Shown here piece by piece: positions 39,687 to 49,208 of a DNA stretch of 64,000 bases. Every line of letters starts with the position of its first letter. The first letter of the stretch is position 1. Both the position numbers and the translations under genes were made by a program. Location: positions 97,003 through 161,002 of IMG/VR virus record IMGVR_UViG_3300025133_000029. One strand, 5' to 3'. The DNA comes from a virus. Below the pieces are notes generated by a model that did no database searches, was not told the origin of the DNA, and was given only the letters and a program-made list of their open reading frames with translations.

Positions 39687-39808
39687 GGTAGCTCCTGGGT
39701 GGTGGGGGGGTGTTTTTTTATTAGTTGCTTCGTGAATGAAAGAAAGCAAAGCATTTACGTGAGGGGAAATCTTTAGAGTCTAAAGATTTTGGATAGAGGT
39801 GTTGTGGG

Positions 39809-39850
39809 TATACAACGAGCATATATATATAATATATATGCGAGTGTATA
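39809..39850. repeat. (TA)n-core hairpin element, copy 2
   Basis: TATACAACGAGCATATATATATAATATATATGCGAGTGTATA. Confidence 0.85.
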
Positions 39851-39944
39851 GGTGTGAATTAGAGGGTGACTCTTTTGGTTTCTTCTTCGGTGAGGCCATC
39901 GATGGTCTCGAGGTATTTTCGAGTGAGCCACGTTCTACGCATGC

Positions 39945-41087
39945 TCATGACTTATTGTCCTTTTCGCGCAGCGCCGCGCCGATGGTTTCCAGAGCGTCGT
40001 GTTCGTTGCTGGTGAGGAGGAAGTGGAGTTGCGCTTTAAAGCCTTCTTTCTCTAGATCCTGATTGCATTTTTCAAGGATGGCTTCGGTTCTATCGTTAAG
40101 GAAAAGCTGAACCCAGTCAGGAAGCTCTGTGATGTTGGGGTCGATGTCGTAGAGTTCGCAGAGGAGTTGCCAGTCACTCTTGTGTGGCCACCCGCAGCGT
40201 GAGGTGAAGTCCTGCCATGTTTGGGTGATCTCCGCGAGACCTTCCTTCACGTTATCACTCCACTCGTTGAAGTGGTCGACAAACCGCGACAGGGTGCGTA
40301 GCTGGGAAAGGAGACTGCTAGAGACTTGCTCGAAGTGTTCGACTTGAGCGCGGTGTCCATTTTGGGATAGAGACAAGATGTCCTTTGTTTCGCGGTAAAC
40401 CTCTGCCAGTTCAAGGCCAACCTTCCCAAAATGGTCGTGTCGTACTTTGAGTCGTCGCTTTTCTTCAACAATGAGGCGACGGATGGTTTCATCCAAGTGG
40501 GGGGTTCCATCTTCTGAGATGTCTTCGTCTTGTGTGTAGAAGGCTCCTCCTTGTATATCCCTGGCATCCTTGCAGGCATAGTACCAGTAAGGGACAGTGA
40601 CGGTGCTTTCGTAGGGGAAGGAGTAGTGGTTGGCGTTCAGGTAGTGGGAGAGGGGGCTTCCTTCGAGCGCTTCTTCGATCCGGGCTTCCTGGGTTTTGGC
40701 GAGGCTTGCTTGAATGGGTTGTCCGATGTAGGAGAGGGGTTTTTCGATTTGCCACTCGCCTTTAAAGGTGACCGTGATGGCTCCATCGGCTTCGTTGTCT
40801 TCCACATGGGAGACACCATAGATGACACGAATCATTCCCTCTTCGCGAAGGAACATGTTTTTGTCCAGGTAGAGAAGGAGTTCGCTTTGATCGGGATGTC
40901 CTTCGTTGCCTGGAGTTTCAAGTTCGTTAGCAAACTTGCAGGACTCTTCTGTTTTCTGATTCCCTCGCCAGTAGTAGGCAATCGTTTCAAGTATTGCCAC
41001 CGCTTGGGAGGCTTCCTGGGCTTCGTCCTCCGCATCAACATGGCGGTCCCAATCCTCACTGGGGCACCTCATTCTTGTCTTAGACAT
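39945..41087 (-). CDS. hypothetical acidic protein
   Basis: 380 aa; motif at 41140 plus SD AAGGAG. Confidence 0.78.
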   Translation of the reverse strand: MSKTRMRCPSEDWDRHVDAEDEAQEASQAVAILETIAYYWRGNQKTEESCKFANELETPGNEGHPDQSELLLYLDKNMFLREEGMIRVIYGVSHVEDNEADGAITVTFKGEWQIEKPLSYIGQPIQASLAKTQEARIEEALEGSPLSHYLNANHYSFPYESTVTVPYWYYACKDARDIQGGAFYTQDEDISEDGTPHLDETIRRLIVEEKRRLKVRHDHFGKVGLELAEVYRETKDILSLSQNGHRAQVEHFEQVSSSLLSQLRTLSRFVDHFNEWSDNVKEGLAEITQTWQDFTSRCGWPHKSDWQLLCELYDIDPNITELPDWVQLFLNDRTEAILEKCNQDLEKEGFKAQLHFLLTSNEHDALETIGAALREKDNKS

Positions 41088-41238
41088 CGTTGACTCCTTA
41101 TTGGTTACTAGTGTTTTCTCATATATGAAAAAAAACAGAGCATTTACGTGTATTGGGAAGTGAGGAAAAAAGGAAGGGTAGAGAAAGATGGGGAGAGAAA
41201 TCTTTAGACTCTAAAGATTTCTGTGTGTGTTGGTGGGG

Positions 41239-41523
41239 TTAGTTGGCGGGTCCGATGGAGATGTCGGTGTAGCCGTCCTGGGAAAGTTTTTCGTGGGTGG
41301 TTTGTTGTGTGCGGATAGCGAACTCTATCAATTTTTCAGAGGGAAACCATCGACAGTTGTTGGGGTCATATTCAGCTATGGTTTCCCCGTCCTTTGTGTC
41401 GAGGTCGGGGTTGGCCCCCATGCGAAGTTCGTCATATGTGAGTTGAAAAAAAGGAGACTCGAGGTGTTTGATGACGAAGCTTTTGTCTTCGTGGATATTC
41501 ATAAATTCTATGGAGAAGATCAT
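41239..41523 (-). CDS. hypothetical protein
   Basis: Start at MIFSIEF with SD AAAGGA. Confidence 0.6.
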   Translation of the reverse strand: MIFSIEFMNIHEDKSFVIKHLESPFFQLTYDELRMGANPDLDTKDGETIAEYDPNNCRWFPSEKLIEFAIRTQQTTHEKLSQDGYTDISIGPAN

Positions 41524-41551
41524 TGTTGTTCCTTTGAGTGTGTTGGTGGGG

Positions 41552-42136
41552 TTAGTTGGCGGCTTCTTTGATGTATTGGTTGAGGCGCATGGCACGTTTG
41601 AGGAGGTTGTCACTCCAATCCGCGCCAGCGTAGAGCGGTTGAAGGGCAGGGCGTTGGGGCATGCCGTATCGCGTGTTGCCGAAACTGTTTGTGTTTTCTT
41701 CGATCCACTCATTCAGTTCATTGATGAGTCTGGACGCGCGGCGTTGCTGACAGTTACAGAGGGCATCGATGATAGCCTCGTGCTTGGTCCGAGCGATGTT
41801 GGCTTCTCTGATGGTGTCGTCGTCCCCAACCCATCGTTGTTCAGCTTTGGCGTCAAGGAGGGCGCGGTGGACAGCGGCGTCAATCCAGTCCCAGAGACAT
41901 GCGTCCTTGAGCATGGTGGGGCGTTCGGCTTTGATGTGGTCGTATATTTGGCGCAGGGAGGGTGGATACCCGACTCGATGATATCGTCGGAGGGCGTCTT
42001 TGACGAGACTGATCATCTCGTTCTTTTCTTCTTGGGTATAGGGGATGTTGTCGGTGGAGGACTTGAGTGGCCATCCACAGTTATCGCGACTGAGAACTTT
42101 GCAGTAGTTGGGTACGTATCCGTGGGCGTAAGACAT
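41552..42136 (-). CDS. hypothetical protein, possible HTH
   Basis: GYPPSLRQIYDHI segment; SD AGGAG. Confidence 0.7.
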   Translation of the reverse strand: MSYAHGYVPNYCKVLSRDNCGWPLKSSTDNIPYTQEEKNEMISLVKDALRRYHRVGYPPSLRQIYDHIKAERPTMLKDACLWDWIDAAVHRALLDAKAEQRWVGDDDTIREANIARTKHEAIIDALCNCQQRRASRLINELNEWIEENTNSFGNTRYGMPQRPALQPLYAGADWSDNLLKRAMRLNQYIKEAAN

Positions 42137-42145
42137 GGGTAGCTC

Positions 42146-42451
42146 CTATTGGTTGTCTTGTTCTTCTTCAAGCGCAGAGAGGCGCTCAAGTCGCCAGCCC
42201 TTCAATTTTTCGAGGAGGGCGATAAGACTGTCGATTTCTTTCGTGGTTTCAAGATACAGGTGAATCTTCCTGCGGAAGGTGTACTGGTCATGATCGTCGG
42301 GGATGTTGAAGGTGATACATGAGTTGACCCGTGCTTCGAGATCGGCCACATCGTCGTCGGGTCCGAGGGCTCTTGTACTTGAGCTGGCCCCGGCGCTACA
42401 TCCTGGGAAGTGTTTAGTGGTTTTGCGTCGGTGCATGCTAGTGAGGATCAT
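42146..42451 (-). CDS. hypothetical protein
   Basis: Motif at 42498 plus SD AAGGAG. Confidence 0.68.
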   Translation of the reverse strand: MILTSMHRRKTTKHFPGCSAGASSSTRALGPDDDVADLEARVNSCITFNIPDDHDQYTFRRKIHLYLETTKEIDSLIALLEKLKGWRLERLSALEEEQDNQ

Positions 42452-42557
42452 CTTCTTTCTCCTTGTTGGCTAGGTGTCACCTACATAAGAAAGCAGAGCA
42501 TTTACGTGTCGGGGGGGTGAAAAAGAGGAGGGGGGAGGTTGTTGGGGGGAGGTTTTA

Positions 42558-43025
42558 CTAGCAGAGGATGGAATCACTTTCTTCAACAGTGAGGATGACT
42601 GCGGGGAGGTATTCGAGTCCTAACATTTTTGCTTTAGCGATGCGGTGCCAGCCATCAATAATGAAAAGGGATGTTTGCCCTTCGTGTGGGGGGGAGGTGA
42701 GTACTTTTGTTATAGCGATGAGCGGGATACTGAGGTTGAAGCGACCCAGACGCTGCTGGACATCTGCCAGGATGGCATCCCAGTCAACGGAGATCATCAT
42801 CATTTGTAGCTTGCGCTTGCCGTCAGGACCCGGTGGATTGCCTACGTAGTCTGCAAGACCTTCTATTCCAATTTTGATAATTTCGCGCTCGTCTTGTCGG
42901 AGGATTTCTTTAGCTTTCACAACATCCCACATGGTGCGCATGAGTTGAAACGCTTCATCCTCGCAATGTTCACTGGTGGTGTCCCATTCAAAGTCGGGAA
43001 CTTCCATCGTGGGGTAGTGTGTCAT
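42558..43025 (-). CDS. ParB/Srx N-terminal-like domain protein
   Basis: PLIAI...FIIDGWHRIAKA..LG...LPAVIL. Confidence 0.72.
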   Translation of the reverse strand: MTHYPTMEVPDFEWDTTSEHCEDEAFQLMRTMWDVVKAKEILRQDEREIIKIGIEGLADYVGNPPGPDGKRKLQMMMISVDWDAILADVQQRLGRFNLSIPLIAITKVLTSPPHEGQTSLFIIDGWHRIAKAKMLGLEYLPAVILTVEESDSILC

Positions 43026-43048
43026 GATCTATTCCTTAATATAAAAAA

Positions 43049-43212
43049 AGAGCAGGCATGTTAGTGCTTGGTTGGGCGCTACTTCAAAGAACAAAAACTT
43101 TTTTATCAGGAGCCGTTTTGAACTTTGTGGGGATTGAGAGCCGCCTGTAGCGCCTCCATGAACACCCTTTTTTACCACCTAGCATTTAGCGGTTATCTAA
43201 CATGCCCGCTCT
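43049..43212 (-). ncRNA. candidate structured RNA
   Basis: 16-bp closing stem with G-U on the minus strand then a U7 tract; nested stems. Confidence 0.45.
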
Positions 43213-43483
43213 CATGTGTTTAAGTATCAGTCATGTGAGAGGGAAAAGGAAGCCCCGCGCTGCGCATCAGTTGTTTGCTTATGCCAAAGTCTGGTGTGTG
43301 GGTTAGTTTTGGCAAATAGTGATTCGTTTGATGCGAAGCGCAGGGATTCCAATCGTAACGTTTGGGGTTATTGTTGTTAGAGAAACGGGTTGGGGTTGAG
43401 TTTTGAGAACTGCGGGTTAGGGTTGTTGTTTAGTGTGGGCGAGTGTGGGGCCAAATGGCCCCGTGTGGGGGTGGAGTTGTTTC

Positions 43484-44170
43484 TTAGGAGGTTTGGGCCG
43501 AGGTAGCTTTCTTTTTGCCCTTAGCGCTTTTCTTTTTGCCTTTGGCGCTTTTCTTTTTGCCCTTGGTGGAGGCTTTGGGTTCCTCAACCTGGGGTTCGGG
43601 GGTGGCTTCGGCTTGCGCTTCGGCTTCGGGGGTGGCTTCGGCTTGCGCCTCGGTGGTGGGGGGGGAGGGGACCGTGGCGGTCTCTTCGGTGAGGGTGGCT
43701 TCGTTGCTCATGCCTTTGGTGGAGTGAGCCAGCCGTTTGGCGGTCTCTTCTTCGGTGGAGAAGCGCTTGCCCTTGTAGTTGTAGATGGCGTCGACACCGT
43801 TGTCGTGGATGCTCATCGGGGAGTCGCTCACCGTGGCGAAGGCGTCGGTCATGCCGGGGAGGTTTTCGAGGTAGAGGGGGATCTTGGTGCCGTTGGGCGT
43901 GGTCAACATGAGGACTTTGCCGTCGAGTTCGAGGTTAGCCTCGCTCAGTCCGTCGAACAGGGTGGAGGCGGGGACCGTGGCGGTGCCGAAGCTTTCGAGT
44001 CGGAGGTCGCATTCGACACCGTGTTTGATGGTGAAGCCTCGGTCGATGTCGTCGAAGGAGCGTCGTTCTTCGATCACGATGCCATCGGCGTAGATCACGG
44101 CGACCTGGGCGCTCTTGAGGAGTTTGGTGAGCTTGGAGTTGGGTTGGAAGCTGGTGTTCTCTTTCTTCAT
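43484..44170 (-). CDS. protein paralogous to the gene ending at 52908, with a basic KGKKKSA-repeat tail
   Basis: Shared SK..KLL..DGI.I.E.R.FDD.DR...HGV.CD and YN..GK..S; EAQAEATP x2. Confidence 0.8.
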   Translation of the reverse strand: MKKENTSFQPNSKLTKLLKSAQVAVIYADGIVIEERRSFDDIDRGFTIKHGVECDLRLESFGTATVPASTLFDGLSEANLELDGKVLMLTTPNGTKIPLYLENLPGMTDAFATVSDSPMSIHDNGVDAIYNYKGKRFSTEEETAKRLAHSTKGMSNEATLTEETATVPSPPTTEAQAEATPEAEAQAEATPEPQVEEPKASTKGKKKSAKGKKKSAKGKKKATSAQTS

Positions 44171-44369
44171 GATTGTTCTCCTGCCCTATTTTTAGGGGCT
44201 TTGCTAGGAAGTTGCGCTAAAGTGCGCTGTGGCGTGTTCGCTAGTTGTTAGCGTTTCGCCGGGTTCGCTATTGAGAGAAAGCAGAGCATTTACGGGAAGT
44301 CAGTCAAAACAAAAAAGGATGACCGGGAGGCCATCCTTAGACAGTTGGGGTTTGGGTGTGTGTTGGGGC

Positions 44370-45077
44370 TTAGATTCGGCCATATCGTCGAAGGAGGGCC
44401 AGGATGGCTTCGTGGTGGTTTTCGATGTTTGCCATTTGTTCCATCTTTTGGAAGCCTCGTGCCAGGGTGGTGGCATCTTCGAAGATAGTGGAGACATGAA
44501 GCTCATAGAGAAGATCTAGTGTTTCTTCGAAGCTCTGGGTATCCCTTTCCTGGTTGTTGCATGTGTCGCAGCGTTTGACTGCAATGTTACTGCCGCCGAA
44601 GTCATTGTAGCGCCAGACCTCACATCCGCATGTGAGGAACATTCTGTCCTCGTTTTCCTGGAGGAGGGCGTCGTAGGGAAGCTCGATGGGTTCATCAATG
44701 AGAGCTTCTTCGTAGAGCATGAGGTGGGGACAGAGGACACCCTGTACAAAGCTGTCCATGTCTTTGATCATTGCGGCGATGTTCCATTCGCGCATGGGGA
44801 AGTGTTCTTCGTGAAGCTCTGGAGAGAAGAGGTCTCGATAGTAGGGGTTCAGTTGAAAAAAGAAGGAGGCGGTCTCTTGTTCGGCGAGTGCGTGATGTTG
44901 AATGATGTGGCCAATGCTCATGGTTCCATCATCATAGTATGTGCAATTGGTAAAGCCATACTTCACCCGCCACACTTTTTGATCTTTGTTGCTCTTGAAG
45001 TAGTGTTCGGGTTCTTCAGTGTCGTGGGGACAAAACTGAAGAGATTCGAGACTGCCTACGATTTCGGGAACGTTCAT
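44370..45077 (-). CDS. hypothetical protein
   Basis: Motif at 45136 plus SD GAGG. Confidence 0.72.
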   Translation of the reverse strand: MNVPEIVGSLESLQFCPHDTEEPEHYFKSNKDQKVWRVKYGFTNCTYYDDGTMSIGHIIQHHALAEQETASFFFQLNPYYRDLFSPELHEEHFPMREWNIAAMIKDMDSFVQGVLCPHLMLYEEALIDEPIELPYDALLQENEDRMFLTCGCEVWRYNDFGGSNIAVKRCDTCNNQERDTQSFEETLDLLYELHVSTIFEDATTLARGFQKMEQMANIENHHEAILALLRRYGRI

Positions 45078-45192
45078 TGCTATTGCCTCGCTAGGTGGTG
45101 GGTGGGTTGACTTGTCGCTCATGTAAAAAAGCAGAGCATTTACGAGAAGAATCTTTAGAGTCTAAAGATTCTGAGAAGTGTTTGCGCAGGAA

Positions 45193-45233
45193 CCCAACGA
45201 GCTTATATATATATATATATATAAGCGAGTGGG
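45193..45233. repeat. (TA)n-core hairpin element, copy 3, between two palindrome copies
   Basis: CCCAACGAGCT(TA)nAGCGAGTGGG, between palindromes at 45151 and 45258. Confidence 0.85.
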
Positions 45234-45278
45234 TTGTTTGATTGTGGTGGTGACAGAATCTTTAGACTCTAAAGATTC

Positions 45279-45812
45279 TCAGTCGAGAGGTGTCGGGACG
45301 GGGAGGGTCTGTTTTTCAGGGGTGGGGGCGATGATGGGGAGGTTGTCAAAAAGCTCTGCGTTGCGTTGGCAAGCCTTCTGAAGCATCTCGATGGCAAGAA
45401 GGAAGTCGTTTTTATCCAGGTATTCAATCAGAATACCCCGCGAAGAACCAATGTTAGGTTGGAGCATCCAGAGGTTGAGTTCTAGAACGGGGGCCTCGAC
45501 AACAACTTCCTCAGTGAAGTCCAAGACGGTCGCGATGGTGAAGTAGAAAGCGTGGATGGTGGCAAACGCACCGGGAACCTCGTCTTTTGGCCACTCATTG
45601 CGAAAGTGCTCCCAAAGAGTATAAAAGGCAGGTTCGCGGTTGGGAAAAAAGCCGTCCCCTTTTCCCATGTAGTCATCACCAGCGCTCCAGCTTTGATGTT
45701 GTACTGGGTTGAGTCTGAGCGTTTCTTTCATCCACTCGGGGATACTGTCTTTGAATAGTGCGATCTCCGTCACATTGAGGTGTTGTGCGCGGATGGTAAT
45801 GTTTTCGGTCAT
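45279..45812 (-). CDS. hypothetical protein
   Basis: SD AAGGAG; ATGA overlap with the upstream stop. Confidence 0.72.
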   Translation of the reverse strand: MTENITIRAQHLNVTEIALFKDSIPEWMKETLRLNPVQHQSWSAGDDYMGKGDGFFPNREPAFYTLWEHFRNEWPKDEVPGAFATIHAFYFTIATVLDFTEEVVVEAPVLELNLWMLQPNIGSSRGILIEYLDKNDFLLAIEMLQKACQRNAELFDNLPIIAPTPEKQTLPVPTPLD

Positions 45813-46546
45813 AGGGTCTCCTTACATTCTTCATCGGTAATGGGTTTGACTTCCCAAAATTGTCCGTCGATAGTATAGAGGCGGTCTTCGAAGGCTTCGC
45901 GGAGAGCTTCCTCACTGCAAAGATACTCATACTGAGCAACAAGCGATCGGAAGGCACTGTCCATCAGGTCGTCGAAACGATCCATTGCGCGGTGAATGAG
46001 GCGATAGACTTTTTCGCTCTGATCCTGGTTATAGCAGGGTTCTTCGCGTTCGTCACTCCACCACTCCGGTCCCATCGACTCCAAGAAGTCCTCGTCTTCA
46101 TTGAAGATCGGGTTTTCAAGCTCCAGCTTGGTGGTGGGGTACATCTTGGACGAGTTCTTGAAGCTCCAGTCGAGCGCCCAATCAGGCTGACGTGGATCGC
46201 CTTGTTCCCATAACCACTTGGGGATACCGAGGAGTAGGCGGAAGACCTCAAAGCCTTCTTCTCTGACCTCCAGGTCTTCAAAGGCGAGGTGTTGTCGGTG
46301 TCCTTCGATATCGAAGCTGCAGATCTTTTTCCACTTGAAGACCTGGGCACCGTGTAATTCTTCGGGGACGCCAGCAGCTTCTAGCTGCTCTTTGGTGGGT
46401 TCTAACCAGCAGTCGCCGTCCCACCATTCGTTGTGTTCAATATTGTAAAAACCGTCTCTTTCGAGGATGCGTTGTTGGATAGGATCGGGCAATTGGTTGA
46501 GACGATAGAGAGGAAGGTCAACGTGCTTAAAGGGTGTGGGGTTCAT
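45809..46546 (-). CDS. acidic phage protein
   Basis: C-terminal YEYLCSEEAL.E......YT.DG pattern; motif at 46592 plus SD AGGAG. Confidence 0.75.
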   Translation of the reverse strand: MNPTPFKHVDLPLYRLNQLPDPIQQRILERDGFYNIEHNEWWDGDCWLEPTKEQLEAAGVPEELHGAQVFKWKKICSFDIEGHRQHLAFEDLEVREEGFEVFRLLLGIPKWLWEQGDPRQPDWALDWSFKNSSKMYPTTKLELENPIFNEDEDFLESMGPEWWSDEREEPCYNQDQSEKVYRLIHRAMDRFDDLMDSAFRSLVAQYEYLCSEEALREAFEDRLYTIDGQFWEVKPITDEECKETL

Positions 46547-46642
46547 GGTTGCTCCTGTGGGTTGCTAGGTTCGTATATGTAAAAAAGCAAAGCATTTACG
46601 TATCTGTGTGGTCGGCAAGCAACGATGCCTACCTCTCTTGGG

Positions 46643-46993
46643 CTACAGGGGATTCCAACCCCAGAGCCCTCGACTGTTTTGTTCTCTGATATGGATGGAG
46701 GTGCAACCCAGAGCGGGCATACAGTAGTCATGGAGCGGGGCGAAGGAATCAATATCTTCGCCGGGTCCCATCATGACCCCTTCGGTATAGAGAACACCGT
46801 CGTCGTCGTAGCAACGCCACTGGGCGAAGCTCAATCCTTTTTCATCGGCGACCTGTTGGGTGACTTCTTCGTCAAAGCAGTTGCTCGGACCTTCGACTCC
46901 TGCGCAGGATTCGCCTTCGTAGAACTCGTCCCCTTCAAAGGACTCGTGAAGGTGGTCTTTGGTAATTTTCCATTTATAGTTAGCAGACATCAT
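46643..46993 (-). CDS. small acidic phage protein
   Basis: WRCYDDDGVLYTEG...FAPL.DY..P..GCT.I. Confidence 0.7.
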   Translation of the reverse strand: MMSANYKWKITKDHLHESFEGDEFYEGESCAGVEGPSNCFDEEVTQQVADEKGLSFAQWRCYDDDGVLYTEGVMMGPGEDIDSFAPLHDYCMPALGCTSIHIREQNSRGLWGWNPL

Positions 46994-47050
46994 GTGAACC
47001 TTTTGCTTGTGTAGTTAGTGAGTACTTACTGGTCTTTGATTCGTGGATCT

Positions 47051-47314
47051 CTAGTAGTGACTGAAGTGGTCTTTCTTACCGTAGCGAAGCTGTCTGCCTT
47101 CCATGATGATGATGTCGTATTGGGTTTTGCCGTCAGTGTTGTCTTCTTCGTCCTCGGGGAAGGTGCCGTCCAGGCCGTGTCGCTGGTCGACGGCTCGGAT
47201 GGAATTCTCGAAGGGGTAGCTGGGCTGGCTCAGGAAGATCACTTCTGGGTCAATCTCTTCCGGGGTCGCTTCACGAAGATCTTGGAGAACTTCGAGGAGT
47301 TGGTCAAGAGTCAT
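47051..47314 (-). CDS. small acidic phage protein
   Basis: MTLDQLLEVL..QPSYPFE..EGRQL; motif at 47376 plus SD GAGG. Confidence 0.7.
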   Translation of the reverse strand: MTLDQLLEVLQDLREATPEEIDPEVIFLSQPSYPFENSIRAVDQRHGLDGTFPEDEEDNTDGKTQYDIIIMEGRQLRYGKKDHFSHY

Positions 47315-47467
47315 GGTTTTTACCTCTTGCTAGGTGGTGTGTAGCTCATTGCTTTCGTATGTGTAAAAAAGCAGAGCATTTACCTGTCGAAGAATAAAAA
47401 ACAGGGATAGGGGAAGCAAAAAGCTACCCCTAGCAACCCCCCTTATCCCTGTCATGTGTGGGGGAGG

Positions 47468-49063
47468 CTAGTTCCAGCCCTGGCCTTGCTTGCTTTTCTT
47501 GACAACTACCGCATGCTCAACCGCTCGTGTGAGCGCAGTGTAGCTCCATCGGTAAACCTGATTGGGGTCGTTATCGGCGATAAAGTCAACCATGTCGGCG
47601 ATGATCATCACTTCTTTATATTGAGACCCTTGGGAGGCGTGGCAGGTGATGGCATAGCCGCTATCAACGGCAGCCATGTATTGCTGGAGGTAGAGGGCGT
47701 GCGCGCCGACATCACGAGCAACCTGTGCTTTCCAGATACGGAGCAGCCACTTGGAAGCTTCGCGTCCGTTTTTGCGTTCCCAGCGGTCGGCCATACGGGT
47801 GACTCGTTTATCAATCTCTCTGCCGTGTTCGCGCATATCATCTTCGCAGTATTCTTCGAAGGCATCGCGGATGGATCGGGGGATAAGCCCTCGGTGTTTT
47901 GCGAGGGTGCGTCCGGTTGTGTCGGTGGAGATGTCCCAGGTGCGCCGGAGGATAGCGATCTCGCGATCGTGTGGCTTGCCTACGTTGACACGTAACACCC
48001 AACCGTCGCCAAAGCGAGGGCCGAAGTCGGCAGGGGTTACTTCCGTTACGAGCATGGTGTCAGCGTTGCGTAAGCCTGCGCTTCCTGCGCGGCAGATCAG
48101 AAGCTCGCCGAGTTGGGGGCCTTCGGATCGAGTGGGGAAGCCGAGGAAGATGCGGCAGGTGTCGTTGAGTTTGACTCGGCTTCGATGGGTGCCGACAACC
48201 GCGACTGCATCGCCGTTGGTGCGTCGGAACATATCTGCGAGTTGAAGTCCTGCCTCGTGTGCGTCCTTCCAGGGGGAGGGTACACCAGATCGTCGGAGGG
48301 CGTCGGCTCCTGCCTTGTAGTTTGCACCGCATCGGCTATAAGTGAAGGGGATGCGTCGGGTGCGGATCTCGGTAGCAGCTTTCAAAACGGGCGAGGCGTC
48401 GGCTTGTCTGTATACGGTGGTTAGCTCGACGGGCGCTTTGTCGAGGGGGAAGCCAGCGGGTTCCCCTACGGGGGGGAGTTGGTGGGGATCGCCCATGGCA
48501 ATCACGGCGACATTGTGCGGAAGGGCGTCCCACATATCTGCCGCGAGTCTTTCGCCGACCATGCTAGCTTCGTCGAGGAGGAGAACGTCGCCGACCTTAG
48601 CGGTGCCGGGGTCGCGTTCATTGAAAAGAAGCTCTTCGCCGAATTCTTCTTTGACGAGGATGGTGTTGCCTTCTTCGTCTTCTTCTTCGTGAGTCTCGAC
48701 TTTTTCTTCGGCTCCGGCGTAGATCACGCTATGGATGGTCTTGACGTCCATTTTGCCGTCTTCTGCCATATCGCCGAGGGTCTCTTTGGCGCGTCCTGCA
48801 GCCTTCCAGGTGGGGGCGCAGAAAGTGATTGTCTTTCGACAATCCCAGAGAACCAGGATCATCAGTTTTGCGGTGGTCGTTTTGCCGGTTCCTGCGGCTC
48901 CGGGAAAGAGGCACAATCGCTCCCCGTTATTGAGCCTTTTGAGGCAGTGCGCGATGAGGTCGCGTTGTTCGCGACCCGGCTCGAAGTCGAGCCCATAGAG
49001 GGGGGCGAGGGGTTCATCCCCCTCGAAGAGAAGGGCGGCAGTGGCGTAGGTTTGGGGCTTCAT
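47468..49063 (-). CDS. SF1B DNA helicase, Dda/RecD2-like
   Basis: GAAGTGKTT, APTWKAA, LLDEASMV, GDPHQLPPV, LTTVYRQ, YAITCHASQGSQY, YTALTRA. Confidence 0.92.
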   Translation of the reverse strand: MKPQTYATAALLFEGDEPLAPLYGLDFEPGREQRDLIAHCLKRLNNGERLCLFPGAAGTGKTTTAKLMILVLWDCRKTITFCAPTWKAAGRAKETLGDMAEDGKMDVKTIHSVIYAGAEEKVETHEEEDEEGNTILVKEEFGEELLFNERDPGTAKVGDVLLLDEASMVGERLAADMWDALPHNVAVIAMGDPHQLPPVGEPAGFPLDKAPVELTTVYRQADASPVLKAATEIRTRRIPFTYSRCGANYKAGADALRRSGVPSPWKDAHEAGLQLADMFRRTNGDAVAVVGTHRSRVKLNDTCRIFLGFPTRSEGPQLGELLICRAGSAGLRNADTMLVTEVTPADFGPRFGDGWVLRVNVGKPHDREIAILRRTWDISTDTTGRTLAKHRGLIPRSIRDAFEEYCEDDMREHGREIDKRVTRMADRWERKNGREASKWLLRIWKAQVARDVGAHALYLQQYMAAVDSGYAITCHASQGSQYKEVMIIADMVDFIADNDPNQVYRWSYTALTRAVEHAVVVKKSKQGQGWN

Positions 49064-49208
49064 AGCTCAATCCTTATGGCTAGGGGATCATAAGGTGCGT
49101 TAGCCGGGGTGGCTTATACGCTTCGTGAATATAAGAAAGCAGAGCATTTACGAGAAGTGGAATAGGAGGGGAAGGGGGTAAGCCCTCTCCCCCTCCCGTG
49201 TTTTGTGA

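Noticed and set aside
42558-43025. Complete ParABS partition system
   Set aside because: Only a short ParB-N-like domain with no evident HTH and no ParA in the window; the link to the palindrome is a hypothesis only.
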